NCBI RefSeq assembly: GCF_009914755.1
Contig: NC_060929.1
Length of the DNA: 64,000 nucleotides
Strand: one strand, 5' to 3'
Origin: the human T2T-CHM13v2.0 reference genome, Homo sapiens
Below the pieces are notes generated by a model that was not told the DNA's origin, ran no database searches, and was given only the letters and a program-made list of their open reading frames with translations. Positions within the stretch are counted from its first letter, which is position 1, and each line of letters starts with the position of its first letter. The position numbers and the translations under genes are program-made. Positions 39,697-57,482 of this stretch are shown here, piece by piece.

Positions 39697-41680
39697 TGCC
39701 CCAAAGCCATCTACCAATTCAATGCAAACCCATTCAATATCCTAATGGAATTTTTTACAGAAATAGAAAAAGAAATTCTAAAACGTATATGAAACCAGAA
39801 AAGATCTCAAATAGCCAAAGCAATCTTGAGAAAGATGAACAAAACTGGAGGTCCCACACTTCCGGATTTCAAAACGAATGACATAGCTACAGTAAATTAA
39901 AATCAGATGGTCCTGGCAAAAGACAGGCATACAGATTGATGGAACAGAATAAGGAGCGCGGTCATAAACACAATTTATAAGGTCAACTGATCTTTCACAA
40001 GGCTGTGTAAAATACACGCTACGAAAGGATAGACTTTTCAACAAATGATACTGGGAAAAGTGCATATTGTGGTGTGAAAGAATGAAATTAGAATCTTTTC
40101 TTACACAATATACAAAAATTAGCTCAAAATGGATTAAACACTTAAGTCTAACACCTGAAACTATAAAGCTACAAGAAGAAAACATAAAGAAAAAGGCTTC
40201 ATGAAGTTTGTCTTGGAAAAGATTTCTTGGATTATCTGAAACACATAGGCACCAAAAACTAAAGTAGAGAGGTGGGATAACATCAAACTGAAATACTTCA
40301 TTACTGCAAAGGAAACAATCAACAAAACAAAAGGGCAACCTACAGAATGAGAAAAAGTATTTTTAAATTACATATCTGATAAAAGGTTAATATCCAAAGT
40401 ACATTTAAAAAGTCTTTTCCAATTTGATAACAAAAACCAAATTTCCAAGTTAAAAATTTTCAAAGGACTCAAATAGACATTTCTCTAAAGAAAGCATACA
40501 AATGACCAATAGGTATATTAAAAAGATGATTTAACATCACTAGTCATTGGGAAAATAAAAATCAAAATTACAATGAAGCATCACCTCATACCTGTTAGGA
40601 TAACTTTATCAAAAACTAAAAAAAACAAGGCTTGCCTAGTAGGCAAATTGAAACTTTTGTGCACTTTTGATGAGAATGTAAAATGGTACATGATGAAAAC
40701 AATATGGAATTTTCTCTAAAAATTGAAATAGAACTACCATAAAATCTAGTAATTTCACTTCTAGGTATTTATCCAAAAGAATCGAAATCAGGATCTCAAA
40801 GATATTTGTAATTCCATGTTCATTGCAGCATTCACAAGAGATATGGTTTGGCTCTGTGTCCCCACCCAAATCTCACATAGAATTGCAATCCCCAATGTGG
40901 AGAAGGACCTGACAGGAGTTGATTAAATCATGGGGTGGTTTCCCCCTTGTGGTTCTTGTGATAGTGAGTGAGTTCTCACAAGACCTGATTGTTAGAAAGT
41001 ATGTAGCACTTCCCCCTTTTCTCTTTCTCTCTCTCCTGCTCCACCATGTGAGGACATGGTGTTTACTTCCCCTTAGCCTTCCACCACTGATTGTAAGTTT
41101 TCTGAGGCTTCCCCAGCCATGCTGCCTGTACAACCTACAGAGCTGTGAGTCAATGAAGCCAATTTTCTTTATAAATTATCCAGTCTTGGTAGTTCTTTAC
41201 AGTAACGTGAGAATGGACTAATACAACAAGATTCAAGGTAAGGAAGTACACTTAGTGCCTGTCAGTGGATGAATGGAAATAGAAAATATGCTATATACAA
41301 CAATGAAATCTCATTCAGTCTTAAAATTAAAAAAAAGGAAATCCCGTCATATGGGACAACATGGAAGAAACTTGAAGACATTATACTAAGTGAAATGAGC
41401 CAGTCACAGAAGGGCAAACACTGCATGATTTTACTTAGGCAAGTTATCTAAAGTAATCAAACACATGGAAACAAAAAGTAGAATGATGATTGCCAGTGGC
41501 TGGAGCAAATGGGTAGCTGCTGTTCAGTGAGTATAAAGTTTCAATCATGCAAGATGCAGAAATTCACTTGATCTGTTGTACAGCACTGTGCTTCTAGTTA
41601 AAAATACTGTATTATATACCTAGAAAAGCATTTGGAAGTAAATATCATGTCATGTGTTTATTTTTACTACAATATAAAAT
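39697..41680 (+). mobile_element. L1MA-type 3' portion (ORF2 end and 3'UTR), interrupted by MSTA
   Basis: CCCAAAGCCATCTACCAATTCAATGCAA ... AATAGCCAAAGCAATCTTGAG ... ACATTATACTAAGTGAAATGAGCCAGTCACAGAAG ... TACTACAATATAAAA. Confidence 0.9.
40839..41225 (+). mobile_element. MSTA-like MaLR solo LTR
   Basis: GATATGGTTTGGCTCTGTGTCCCCACCCAAATCTC ... GAGAATGGACTAATACA; perfect TSD ACAAG at 40834-40838 and 41226-41230. Confidence 0.92.
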
Positions 41681-43871
41681 AGCTTTTAAAGAGAATTTGT
41701 GTTATTATTGTTATTACTAAGTTTATACATTACTTTAATTAAAAAGTCACTTGAATCAAGGTTAATAAAGTGGTTTGTGGATACATAGTCTTCTCCTGTG
41801 GATAAGGGATAGCCTTGCCTTCTCCTGCTGATCATGGTCCCTGACAACCTCCTTCTAGGTCAGTATTGGCTCACGCTAGTCTCCCCAGTGGGCCTCCCTA
41901 GGACATTTCAGTATCATCACATTTACTACAGAAAAGTCTTTTTTGAGTAAAGTCACTTCTCAGTCTGTATCGCTAAACAGCCTATTAATGTTTGTGAACC
42001 TCAGTTTGTTTCATCTGTAATGATAACAGCTCTCCTATTCACCTCACGAAGATACTATGAAAATAGAAAATAAAAGATCACATGAAGAAAAGTTCTTTGA
42101 AAACAATACACAAAGATATGGTGCTATTATTTTTAAGAAAATGGCTAAAATGTCTCTGAGTTTCAAAGGAATTATTCTATCAGAAAAGAAATATACATGG
42201 TGGAAATTTAAAATAGAGTTTTTGTGATACGTAAATTACTGTGGTATTAAGCCACTCAAATGAGGGCTACCATGGAGCTTATCTTTACAGTGCTGCAGTG
42301 TTCTGACATGTTTCCTTGGCATAAATCAATGTATAGGCTACCATATATTGATGAATCAGCTCTTTTGCAACTACTGAAAAAACAATTCATTGTCCACACA
42401 TTTCTCTATCTCTGACACAAATCAAAATGTGTTACCTTCCAGGAACAGTTGAGTTTGTCAGCTTATCATCTTACTAACTTCCAAGAACAAAATATGAGTT
42501 TGTAAGTTGTGATTCATCAGAAACAGTATTTCTAAGTTTTGTTAGTGATTGCTCTTACATTCGTGTATTGACTTAAAGAAAATTTAAGAAACATATAAGA
42601 TCTTAGAAAATAAATGTTGAAGACATTTTAAGGATTGATAGGACACAGCAGTTTTTTTCCCCTAGACTCTCAGTGCAATCATAATACACTCTTTTCAGGA
42701 TGTTTGCCAAGCTATGACTTATGAACTCTTTGTTTAGAATTGATCTTCTATAAAGGAAGAGGTCAGCAGTTAGGTTTGAAAACAATCACCTGGCCATAGT
42801 TGACTGGGCTAAGAGTATACTCTTGAGAAATGAGAACACAATAAGGTACTCAATCCTAAACATCTGGATTTTGGATTCAGAAACAGTTCCTATAAGTAGC
42901 TTAAAGCATATGTGATATAAAAATGAAGTACCTGTTGATCAGCCTTGCTCCATTATGTAGAAAAGGTTGATTGAGACAGAGAGAATGAGAGAAAGATAGA
43001 ACTAGCTATAGTTTCAAGAAAAATAAGAAAAAAAATATAGACCCAATATAAATGAAAAAATATCCCCCAAAATATATCTATATCTTTATCAATTTTTTCA
43101 GTTATTTCCAGTTTGTTTCTGATATCTGGCTAATTTCTGCCCCTAGGTTACATGCTATTAGAAAACATACATTAATTTTACACAATTTGCTTTTTATCTA
43201 AACTTACGTTCTATTACAAGCAATTGACAAAAATTTCCTATTAATATGCTGCATGAATCCAATTCTTGTTAAGCAATAAAGAAACAATATACTATGCACC
43301 AGAGATGCTGGGTGAGATTTATAATGATTTGGTCCCTTAAGTTCCTTTATCCAAAGAAATGTGAGTTGATTTGACATGTACCTCTTATGATCAGAAGCTT
43401 AAAGAGACATCAGGCGATTGGAAACTTACTATTTCTTTGTTGTTATCTATAAAACCAAGATAAACCAAGTAGGCGGAGCTCCTTCAACTTTGGTCCCAGA
43501 TAAGGAGAGCCAGAGATTACTCATGAAGAACATAAAATAAGAGTTAAAGCAAACAAGCAATCACCAAACAAATAAAACTTCTACTGATGCAAGCCACTGA
43601 TATTACGAAGTTATTTTTATTTCAACATAAGATATGCAAAGCATACTGATAGAGAAGTAAAATACTGATAATAGGTTACAGAATGGGATAATGTTTGAAG
43701 AATTATATAGGTCTCTAAAATTGGGCACTACATAACAAATATGATTGTTTTGGATGAATCGGTGAAAGTACAGGGAAAAATGATTTGTTAGATGGGTATT
43801 TAGAAAAGACATGAATATAGACAGCTAGTCTTGGTGGAAAGTACCTATACAGATAATAGATTTAGTGGCAA

Positions 43872-43908
43872 TATTATTATTATTATTGTTATTATTATTA
43901 TTATTATT
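43872..43908. repeat. (TTA)n microsatellite
   Basis: Seen directly in the sequence. Confidence 0.93.
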
Positions 43909-43996
43909 GAATGTGTTTGGAAAATGCAAGTAATATATTTTAGGGGAAATCAGAGGCTTCTCTATACAAATACTCAGATGTAAAACATGAAAGGTA

Positions 43997-44408
43997 GTAT
44001 ACTACAGTTCTTCCCCTAGAAAACCAGAACCAAAAGGTGCATGTATATACAGAGAGTGAGAGACAGACATTTGTTTTAAGGAACTTGCTTATGTGATTGT
44101 GGAAGGTGGCAAGTTCAAAATCCTCTGGGCAGTCTGACAGGCTGCAGATTTAAGGAAGAGTTGATGTTGTTTCTCCAATCCAAAGGCAGAGAGGTAGAGT
44201 TCTCTCTTCCTTAGTTTTTTTTTTTTTTTTTCACTTACGACTTTCAACAGACTTTCATCTCACCCACATTACCTAAAATAATCTGCTTTATTCAGTCTAG
44301 TGATATAAATGTTAATTTCATCTAAAAATTACCATCATGGCAGCAATCTAGACCAAATATCTGGCTACCATGGCCTAGTCAAGTTGACCCATAAAATTAG
44401 CCATCACA
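43997..44408 (-). mobile_element. MLT2 (MLT2D-like) ERVL LTR
   Basis: TTTTAAGGAACTTGCTTATGTGATTGTGGA..GGCAAGTTCAAAATC ... CAAGTTGACCCATAAAATTAGCCATCACA. Confidence 0.88.
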
Positions 44409-45688
44409 AGACGACTGTAGGAGGGACTTCTACTTATTTTAATAATTGAGAGACATTGAACAGTTTTGAGTCGGCAGGCCTATGATAAGAGATTCGTGAA
44501 TAATCTAATGTTAACCTCAAGAAATCTGTAGCGAACAGACTCAGTTATTTTTTACCTCAATTTCTTCCTTTTAAAAATCTCATATCAATATAAGTAATAT
44601 TTTATTCCTTTTCAGAGCAGACTCATACAGAATCCCAATCACTTCTATTTCCTATAGGCCTTCTCTATATCATTTTCTTTTTATCACAATTGCATATTTA
44701 ATTACTCAAATCCCTTTACTTCTTGAGATAACTCGAGGACTCTTTATTCCTATTTTCTTGTATCTAATTTATTGTCAAACAAAGAATAATTTATTGTGTC
44801 CTTCCACTGTTTTACTGAAACTACTGTGGCAAAAATAACTAATTACTTCAAAACAAAAATCACTTCATATCATTTAAAAAATTTTTTACCTTATATAAAT
44901 TATTTGCAGAATTTGATCCCATTGCCTAATCCCTTCTTCATAAAAAGTCTCTACTTTCTTTTTAAAAATGTATTCTTCCTTCTTCTCTTGCTTAGTTTTG
45001 GGCTGCTTTTTTGAGAGTTTGTAAAAAACAAAACAAAACAAAAAAACAGTAAATATTGCTCTGAATATTTTTTAAAGCAAAATATACTCAATGTAAAAAT
45101 ATTGGATATGCACAATGACAAAAATCTGTAAGACAAAATAATTATCTGTAGCTTCACCTTTCATTGCTAATATTTGGATTTTATCTTCCAGTCTCTATGC
45201 AACCCACATATATATTTTTAAAATACTATTATACTATCAATATTGGTAATATAATAATTAAATGTTTTGTTTTTACTTATATTAGAGTACGTATTTATTC
45301 AATAAAATAAACAGAAGCAGTCCACTAAAAGCAAAACAAATTGCAGGTAATAGCAATTTGAAGTTCCTAAAATGAACAATCCAGTCTATTGTGTATGTAC
45401 ATTTGTGTGTCTGTATGAATCCTCTAGAAAAAGTATACACATATGTATACCCTATTAGGAAATAGAACTAGTTATCAAGTGCTTTAGACTTTGCAGTTTC
45501 ATTTAAAATATAATGAACTTTATGCTATATTGATTTATGTATTTTTACAACAATTAATGGTTGTATAACTACACCACTTTAAGGACATATTTTGTCAAAA
45601 ATCTATTGTTTTTCAAAACTTGGGTCTATTACTTTACACTTTATTCTGTTCTAATGATCTGCTTCACATATAGCTTTACAATAAAGTG

Positions 45689-46002
<314 letters not shown>

Positions 46003-46109
46003 AACAATAAAGTCTTGATGTCAGGTAACAGAATTTATCTAAACTGCTGCTTCTTTTTCAAAGTTATTATAGCTATCTTATGGCTTTTACACTTCCATAA
46101 TTTTTCCAC

Positions 46110-46350
46110 TTCTTAAATAAACTTATTTTGAAATAGATTTAAATTGATATAAAATTTTGAATATACTGCATACAGTTCCTATATTTATCAGTTTTCTCTA
46201 TTATTCATATATTTTATTAATAGGGTACATTTTTCATAATTAATGAACCAATACAAATGCACTACTATTAACTACAGTCTATAATTCTATTCAAATTTTG
46301 TTGTTGTTTTTGTTTTTGTTGCCTAATGCCCATTTCCCGGTCCTGGATTC
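46110..46350 (-). mobile_element. L1MC-type 3' end fragment
   Basis: ACTTATTTTGAAATAGATTTAAATT ... TAATTAATGAACCAATAC ... TATTAACTACAGTCTATA. Confidence 0.65.
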
Positions 46351-46988
46351 TATCCCCCACCTTTACTATTTTTGTGACTTTTCTGGTTTTAATTGAGCAT
46401 TTTATATGATTCCATTCTGTCTCCTCTCCTGGCGTATAAATTATTTCTCATTTTTATTAGTTACTCTGGAATTTATAATACATCTTTAGTTAATTAATTT
46501 AAGTCAACTTTCAAATAGCACTAAGTAGCCTCAAGTGTAGGTCATTCCAGAATATTCCAAATTCCTCACGTTCATCTCTTGTGATATTACTGTTGGCCAT
46601 TTCACTTCTTGATATGCAAAAGTCATCAGGTTATTATCATTGCTTTAAGCAAATTATTAAGTTTTATATAAATTAGGAGTAAAAACGTTATTTTCCTTTC
46701 ATTTATTCCTTCTCTACTTATCTTTCTCTTTATGCAGAACTTTTTTTTATTACTAGGCAGTCTGACAGTCTGCAGATTTAAGAGAGTTGATGTTACATTA
46801 CTAATCCAAAGGCAGTCTGGAAGAAGAGTTCTCTCTTCTTCGAGGCAAAGTTTTCTCTTCTTATATTATTTTCCTTCTGTCTGGAGAACTTCTTTTAACA
46901 TTTCCTGCAGAAAATGTTGGGCAGGCTTTCTGGCATTGAATTACTCATTTGTATTACTTATCATTCATTTTTGAATGATGATTCCATT

Positions 46989-47348
46989 TGTATTAGTCTG
47001 TTCTCACACTGCTAATAAAGACTAAGACTGGGTAATTTGTAAAGAAAAATAGGTTAAATGGATGCACAGTTCCACATGGTTGGGGAGGCCCCACAATTAT
47101 GGCAGGAGGCAAAGGAAGAGCAAAGTGACATTCTACATGGCAAAAGACAAGAGAGTGTGTGCGGATGAACTGCCCTTTATGAAACCATCAGCTTTCATGA
47201 GACTTATTCACTATCACGAGAACATCATGGGAAAAAACCTCCTCCATGATTCAATTGCCTCCCACTGGATCCCTCCCATGACAGGTGGAGATTATGGGAG
47301 CTACAATTCAAGATGAGATTTGTCTGGGGACACAGTCAAACCATATCA
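46989..47348 (-). mobile_element. THE1 (C/D-like) solo LTR
   Basis: TGTATTAGTCTGTTCTCACACTGCTAATAAAGAC ... GACACAGTCAAACCATATCA; perfect TSD CCATT at 46984-46988 and 47349-47353. Confidence 0.94.
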
Positions 47349-47799
47349 CCATTAAATACAGAATTATAAGTTATTTGTTTTTGTTTTCTTTACTCTTATA
47401 ACACTGTAAATATTTCACTCCTTTCTTGATGATTACGCGGTGTCTGATGTTAGGTTTGCTGCAATTCTTACCCGTATCATTCTTTATATTCTATATATTT
47501 TTCTTTATATTATAATATAAAGTGCCCCCTAACCTTCAAGATTTATTTTTTATATTTTATGTACAATGGTTTTGATGTGATAAAATGATTTGTGTTGTTT
47601 TTTGATATTCAGCCTGCTTAGTGTTCTCTGAGCTGCTTCTATCAATGACTTGGTGTCTGCCATTAATTTTAGAAAGTTCTTTGACATTATCATTCGAAAA
47701 ATTTATTCTGTTCTGCTCTCTCTTACTTCTCCATCTGCTCATCACATTATATATGTCTTACAACTTTTGATAATGCCCCACATTTCTTGGATTTTCTTT

Positions 47800-48089
47800 A
47801 ATTTTCTTTTTTGAGACAGTCTTGCTGGAGTGCAATGGCACACTCTCAGCTTGCTTCACTTGAACCTCTGCCTGCTGGGTTCAAGTGATTCTCCTGCCTC
47901 AGCCATCTAAGTAGCTGGGATCACAGGACTGTGTCACCACACTAGGCTAATTTCTGCATTTTTTAGTAGACATGGAGTTTTGCCATGTTGGCCGCACTGG
48001 TCTCAAATTCTTGGCCTCAAGTGATCCACCCCTCCCCAACCAGCCTCCTAAAGTGCTGATATTACAGATGTGAGTCACCATGCCCAGCC
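47800..48089 (-). mobile_element. Alu (J/S, degraded)
   Basis: Antisense dimer with small deletions. Confidence 0.9.
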
Positions 48090-48379
48090 TACATCTTGTA
48101 TATCGTTTTTATTTGACCTTCATATTTTTCTTTTATTCTTTTTGCTATTTACATTTCAGTTTGGGATGTTTCTACTTACATACAATCAACAACCCTGATT
48201 ATTTTCTAAGCTGTGTCTAGTCTACTTATTAAGCAGTTCTCATTTCTGTCACATGATTTTTAATTTCTAGCATTTTCTTTTGATTCACTTTCAGAATTTT
48301 AGTTTTTCTGCTTTTAGTACCTATCGGTTGTAACATCTTTTATATTTTTCTATTAGAGTCTGTAACACATTAAGACCAG

Positions 48380-48481
48380 AGTCTCCACCTGGTCCCTTCC
48401 GTGACATGTGATGACATGTGGGGATTATGGGAACTATAATTCAAGATAAGATTTGGGTGGGGACACAGCCAAACCATATCA
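48380..48481 (-). mobile_element. THE1/MST LTR 5'-terminal fragment (~100 bp)
   Basis: GGGGATTATGGGAACTATAATTCAAGATAAGATTTGGGTGGGGACACAGCCAAACCATATCA. Confidence 0.88.
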
Positions 48482-49068
48482 ATAGTTATAGGTACACAAA
48501 GTTTAAAATACCTCTATTATCTTTGTGTTTTGTTTTGTTTTGGTTCTTTGTTTATTTCCTCCTTCCTCCTTTTGACTTTGGTCTTTCCTAAGTACTCCTC
48601 AGAAAGTCTGTGTCTTTCAGGTCTTTTAACATTAGTCCATAGTTATATTAGAGTCAGATTGGTTTGGTGGCAGGTCAGAGAGAGGGACTGTTCTATTATC
48701 TTGCATTTAAAACTCATTCTCTTAGTGCGTCTCATCTTGGTGCTGTGTCCTTCATAATTGCTTCTCCAGTGGCATAACTTTTTCCTTTCACAGGCTGTAA
48801 CATATGCTATTTCCTTGACCTCTGATGACTGTATATTTATTTTTCCCCATGAGAGAGAAGAAAGGTGAGACAGGCCTGGAGAGAGAAACAGATCCCTTAT
48901 CCAGGCAATGAGAAAGTGCTGGTAAAATAGCTGACCCTAGAGACTATGCCTTGCTTATGATGAATGCTGTGACTGCATTTCACAGTGATTATTCTTCCTC
49001 TCCACCCTGAAGTAGAGTTTTGTTCTCCCATCTTTACCATGAAAACCTGTTGAAATTCTTTGGGAATA

Positions 49069-50443
<1,375 letters not shown>

Positions 50444-50506
50444 TATGATGTTAGCTGGTTATTTTGCTCATTAGTCAGTGCAGTTTCTTTCTAGCATTGA
50501 TGATTT

Positions 50507-51526
50507 TTACAATTTGGCATGTTTTTGCAGTGGCTGGTACTGGTTGTTCCTTTCCATGTTTAGTGCTTCCTTCAGGAGCTGTTGTAAGGCAGGCCTGGTG
50601 GTGACAAAATCTCTCAGTATTTGCTTGTCTGTAAAGGATTTTATTTCTCCTTCACTTATGAAGCTTAGTTTGGTTGGATACGAAATTCAGGGTTAAAAAT
50701 TCTTTTCTTTAAGAATGTTGAATATTGGCCCCCACTCTCTTGTGGCTTGTAGAGTTTCTGCCAAGAGATCTGCTGTTAGTCTGATGGACTTCCCTTTGTG
50801 GGTAACCCAACGTTTCTCTCTGGTTGACCTCTTTCCTTCATTTCAACTTTGGTGAATCTGACAATTATGTGTCTTGGAGTTGCTCTTCTCAAGGAGTATC
50901 TTTGTGGCTTTCTCTGTATTTCCTGAATTTGAATGTTGGCCTGCCTTGCTAGGTTGGGGAAGTTCTCCCGGGTAATATCCTGAAGAGTGTTTTCCAACTT
51001 GGTTCCATTCTCCCTGTCACTTTCAGGTACACCAGTCCGATGTAGACTTGCTCTTTTCACATAGTCCTATATTTCTTGGAGGCTTTGTTCATTTCTTTTT
51101 ACTCTTTTTTCTCTAAACTTCTCTTCTCACTTCATTTCATTCATTTGATGTTCAATCACTGATACCCTTTCTTCCCCTTGATTGAATCGGCTACTGAAGC
51201 TTGTGCATGCATCATTTAGTTCTCATGCCATGGTTTTCAGCTCCATCAGGTCATTTAAGGTCTTCTCTATGCTGTTTATTCTAGTTAGCCATTCATCTAA
51301 TCTTTTTTCATGGTTTTTAGCTGCTTTGTAATGGGTTCGAAAATCCTCCTTTAGCTCAGAGGAGTTTGTTATTACTGATCTTCTGAGGCCTACTTCTGTG
51401 AACTCGTCAAAGTCATTCTCCGTCCACCTTTGTTCCATTGCTGGCAAGGAGCTGCATTCCTCTGGAGGAGAAGAGGCACTCTGATTTTTGGAATTTTCAG
51501 CTTTTCTCCTCTGTTTTTCTCCCCAT
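50507..51526 (-). pseudogene. L1 ORF1p, disrupted (inverted segment)
   Basis: ATG at 51526, TAA at 50507-50509; fragments in ORFs 51223-51447 and 50776-51060 (ENFPNLARQANIQIQEIQR..RATPRHIIVRF). Confidence 0.9.
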
Positions 51527-51622
51527 CTTTGTGGTTTTATCTACCTTTGGTCTTTGATGATAGTGACCTACAGATGGGGTTTTGGTGTGGATGTCCTTTA
51601 TATTTGTTAGTTTTCCTTCTAA

Positions 51623-54077
<2,455 letters not shown>

Positions 54078-56110
54078 ACAATGAGAACACTTGGACACAT
54101 GGTGGGGAACATCACACACTGGGACCTGTCATGGGGTTGGGGAGGGGGAAGGGATAACATTAGGAGAAATACCTAATGTAAATGACGAGTTAATGGGTGC
54201 AGCACACCAACACAACACATGTACACATATGTAAGAAACCTGCACATTGTGCACATGTACCCTAGAACTTAAAGTATAATAAAAATAAAATAAAATATAA
54301 AAAAAGAAATTCTTTAGGAATAATGTCATGAAAGGGTGGCATCCTCTAACTCTCCAGTCCTGAGGTGTTTTTCACTGTTATGCTTGTCCAGATGCAACTT
54401 CCAACAATTCAAAATGTTACTTTGAGTACTCCAATCAGTTTCTCCAGATGTGTCAGACTCTCCAGATTTGGGAATAATGTTGTTCTGTGACGACAGTTCT
54501 CTGATGGGTTTAACAAGTTATTAATTTTCATTTTTTTCACTTTTTTATTGTAAGGATGGAACTGATGCGTTTTGGCCTCTTTCCATCTCAGAGCTAAATC
54601 TGGAAGTGCTTTTTGGAATTCATTACATTAATTTTGGTACCTTTAACCCTCATTTTACTTATCTCCCTGTTTTGTGACATACATTTCCATCAAACTTCCA
54701 GACAACTGGAGGTATTTTCCAATTCAAGCTCTGCTTTCTTTCTAGCATTGGCAACTACCTGCTGCTCACAAAATTTGCACATACTTGGATGCCACAATGC
54801 ATTTGCACTTGACTTATCTACTCCTTGGAATCTGCTTCTCCAACAGCCAGATTCCCACTCATCTTCCATTTCCAGCCATGTAATTTACTCTGCATCCCCA
54901 GGAAGAAATTCTGATTTGCCTGAATCACAGTGTAAGTAGGCATGTTTCTATTTTGGTACTTGTAAGTAGTATTATACCTACATTTAGTCACCTACCACCC
55001 ATCTACAAGTTGTTTCTTGAAAACACGAAAGTAGATCTATGCATCTAAAAGATATCTTGATAAATCAGCCAATTACATTTAGTTAAATTGACTTGATGAT
55101 GCTGCGAGGAGAGACAGGAGGAGACAAATCACAAGAAGGGAGAGTAGGAAGGATAATAGTAAAGCATCCTAACTAGGAGGCACCTGTACTAACATTTTAT
55201 TCATAGATGTAGAAATGAGGTTTAGATATGAACTGCTGTATGAAAAAGAATTTATGACTCGTGATGGCATAAAAGTTATGAACTAAGACAGGTGAAAGAA
55301 TCTGCATGACTCTAAGGTCAAGCTAGATGGCATCAACAGTAAAAGTGAGGTCAGGAGAAGGAACTGTTATGTGGAATTTTGTTTTGTAATGGACAATATA
55401 TTTGAGGTCATCATGTGACAGAGATCCAGCTAGCCTTTTGAATTATTGGAACCAAACAATCAAAATATAGATTGAGGTTTAGAACACAATTGCAGCAAAG
55501 GGTTTATTGGGTGCAAATTACATGGGGACATGACTTGGCAGGGAAAGAGTTATTATAGTAAAAATAAAAGTCAGATAACATCTGAAATGTAGGCAGTGAA
55601 TTGAAGGAGGAGGAATTTAGAGAAAAGAAAGTGTAATGTCATCTAATTAACTGAAGGGGAGTTTTATAAGAAATATTCATAGTGCTTATTCTAATATTAC
55701 TATTAATACTAATATTAAAGTATTAATATTAAGAGTAAAAATAGAGCAAAATGTGAAAATAAATTTTGAAAATGCTATTATATAGGAAGTTGAAATTTTT
55801 TGAGGAATTTTTCTGAAAGAATCAGACTGTAATATACAAGTAGAAAAGCTGCAAATTAGATAAATATAAATAAGGACAGAAAAATTAACTTTGAAGATGT
55901 CTTTCTGTTCAGGTAGAGGAAGAGGAAGCAAATGATTTGTGGTCTCATCAAAAGCTGAAAGAATAGTTCAGTTAGTTACAGAGAACTGTTTGCATTGTAA
56001 TATTTAATGTTACAAAAATAAATTAATTATAAAAATATATCTTATTTCAAATTTAGTTAGCTAATTCCATCTCATGGATATAAACAAATTGTAATCCAAA
56101 AAGCTAATCC

Positions 56111-56420
56111 AGCCCAGTTGTGGTGGTTCATACCTATAATCCCAGAACTTTGGGAGGCTGAGGTGGGCGGATCACTTTAGGCTAGGAATTCTAGACCCAC
56201 CTGGCCAACATGACGAAACTCCGTCTCTACTGAAAATACAAAAATTGGCCCGGCGTGGTGGCAAGCACCCGTAGTCTCAACTATTTGGGTGGCAGAGGCA
56301 CGAGAATCACTTTAACCCAGGAGGCAGAGGTTGCAGTGAGCTGAGATGACACTACTGCATTCCAGCCTGGACAACAGAGAGAGACTCTGCCTCAGAAAAA
56401 AAAAAAAAGAAAGAAAGAAA
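56111..56420 (+). mobile_element. AluS inserted at the edge of the MLT1 5' LTR
   Basis: TSD-like AAAAGCTAATCCAG / AAAAGTTAATTCAG. Confidence 0.93.
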
Positions 56421-57165
56421 AGTTAATTCAGTTAAAATAAGGTAATTAGGGTGAACTCTAATCTAATATCATTAGTGTCCTTATAAAAACAATGCCATGT
56501 GAAGAAAAAGGCAGTGACGGGGTGATAGTCTATAAGCCAAGGAACACCAAAGATTTCTGACAAACCACCAGAAGTTTTGGGTAAATGTGGAACAGACTCT
56601 TTTCCCCGGCTCTCATGAGAAACCAACCATGCCAATATCTTGATCATGGACTTCTAGCCTCCAGAACTGTGAAGCTATCAGTGTCTGATGTTTAAACCAT
56701 GTGTTTGTAGGAGTTTGTTAACACAACTCTAGCAAACCAATACAGATTTTTGAAACTGAGAAGCAGAGTGCAGCTGTAACAAATACTGAAAAATATAGAG
56801 GTAGTTTGGGATTGGATAATGAGTAGAAGCTGTAAGAATTTTGAGATGCATGATTTGAAAAAGCCTACATTGCATTGAAGAGACTGTTAGTAAAACTATG
56901 GACATTAGAGGCAATTCTAGTGATGGCTCAGAAAGAAAAGAGGAAAGGTACAAAGTTCCCATCATTTTAAAGAATGTCTAGTCATGAAAATAATGTTGCT
57001 AGAAATATAAATGTTAAAGGGGATTCCGATGAAGTCTCCAATGGAAATAAGGAATATATTAATGGAAACTGAAGGAAAGGTGAACCTTGCTCAAATAACA
57101 TATGAATTGATTGAGATGGAAAATAGAACTGGTAAGTGGAAAAGTGGCATATTTAGATGAGAACA

Positions 57166-57482
<317 letters not shown>

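Noticed and set aside
39778-40338. 186-aa minus-strand ORF, the longest in the track
   Set aside because: It is antisense to decayed L1MA ORF2 sequence and has no independent coding features.
55690-55735. AT-rich quasi-palindromes (TAATATTA repeats; similar near 36370)
   Set aside because: Expected by chance in very AT-rich low-complexity DNA.
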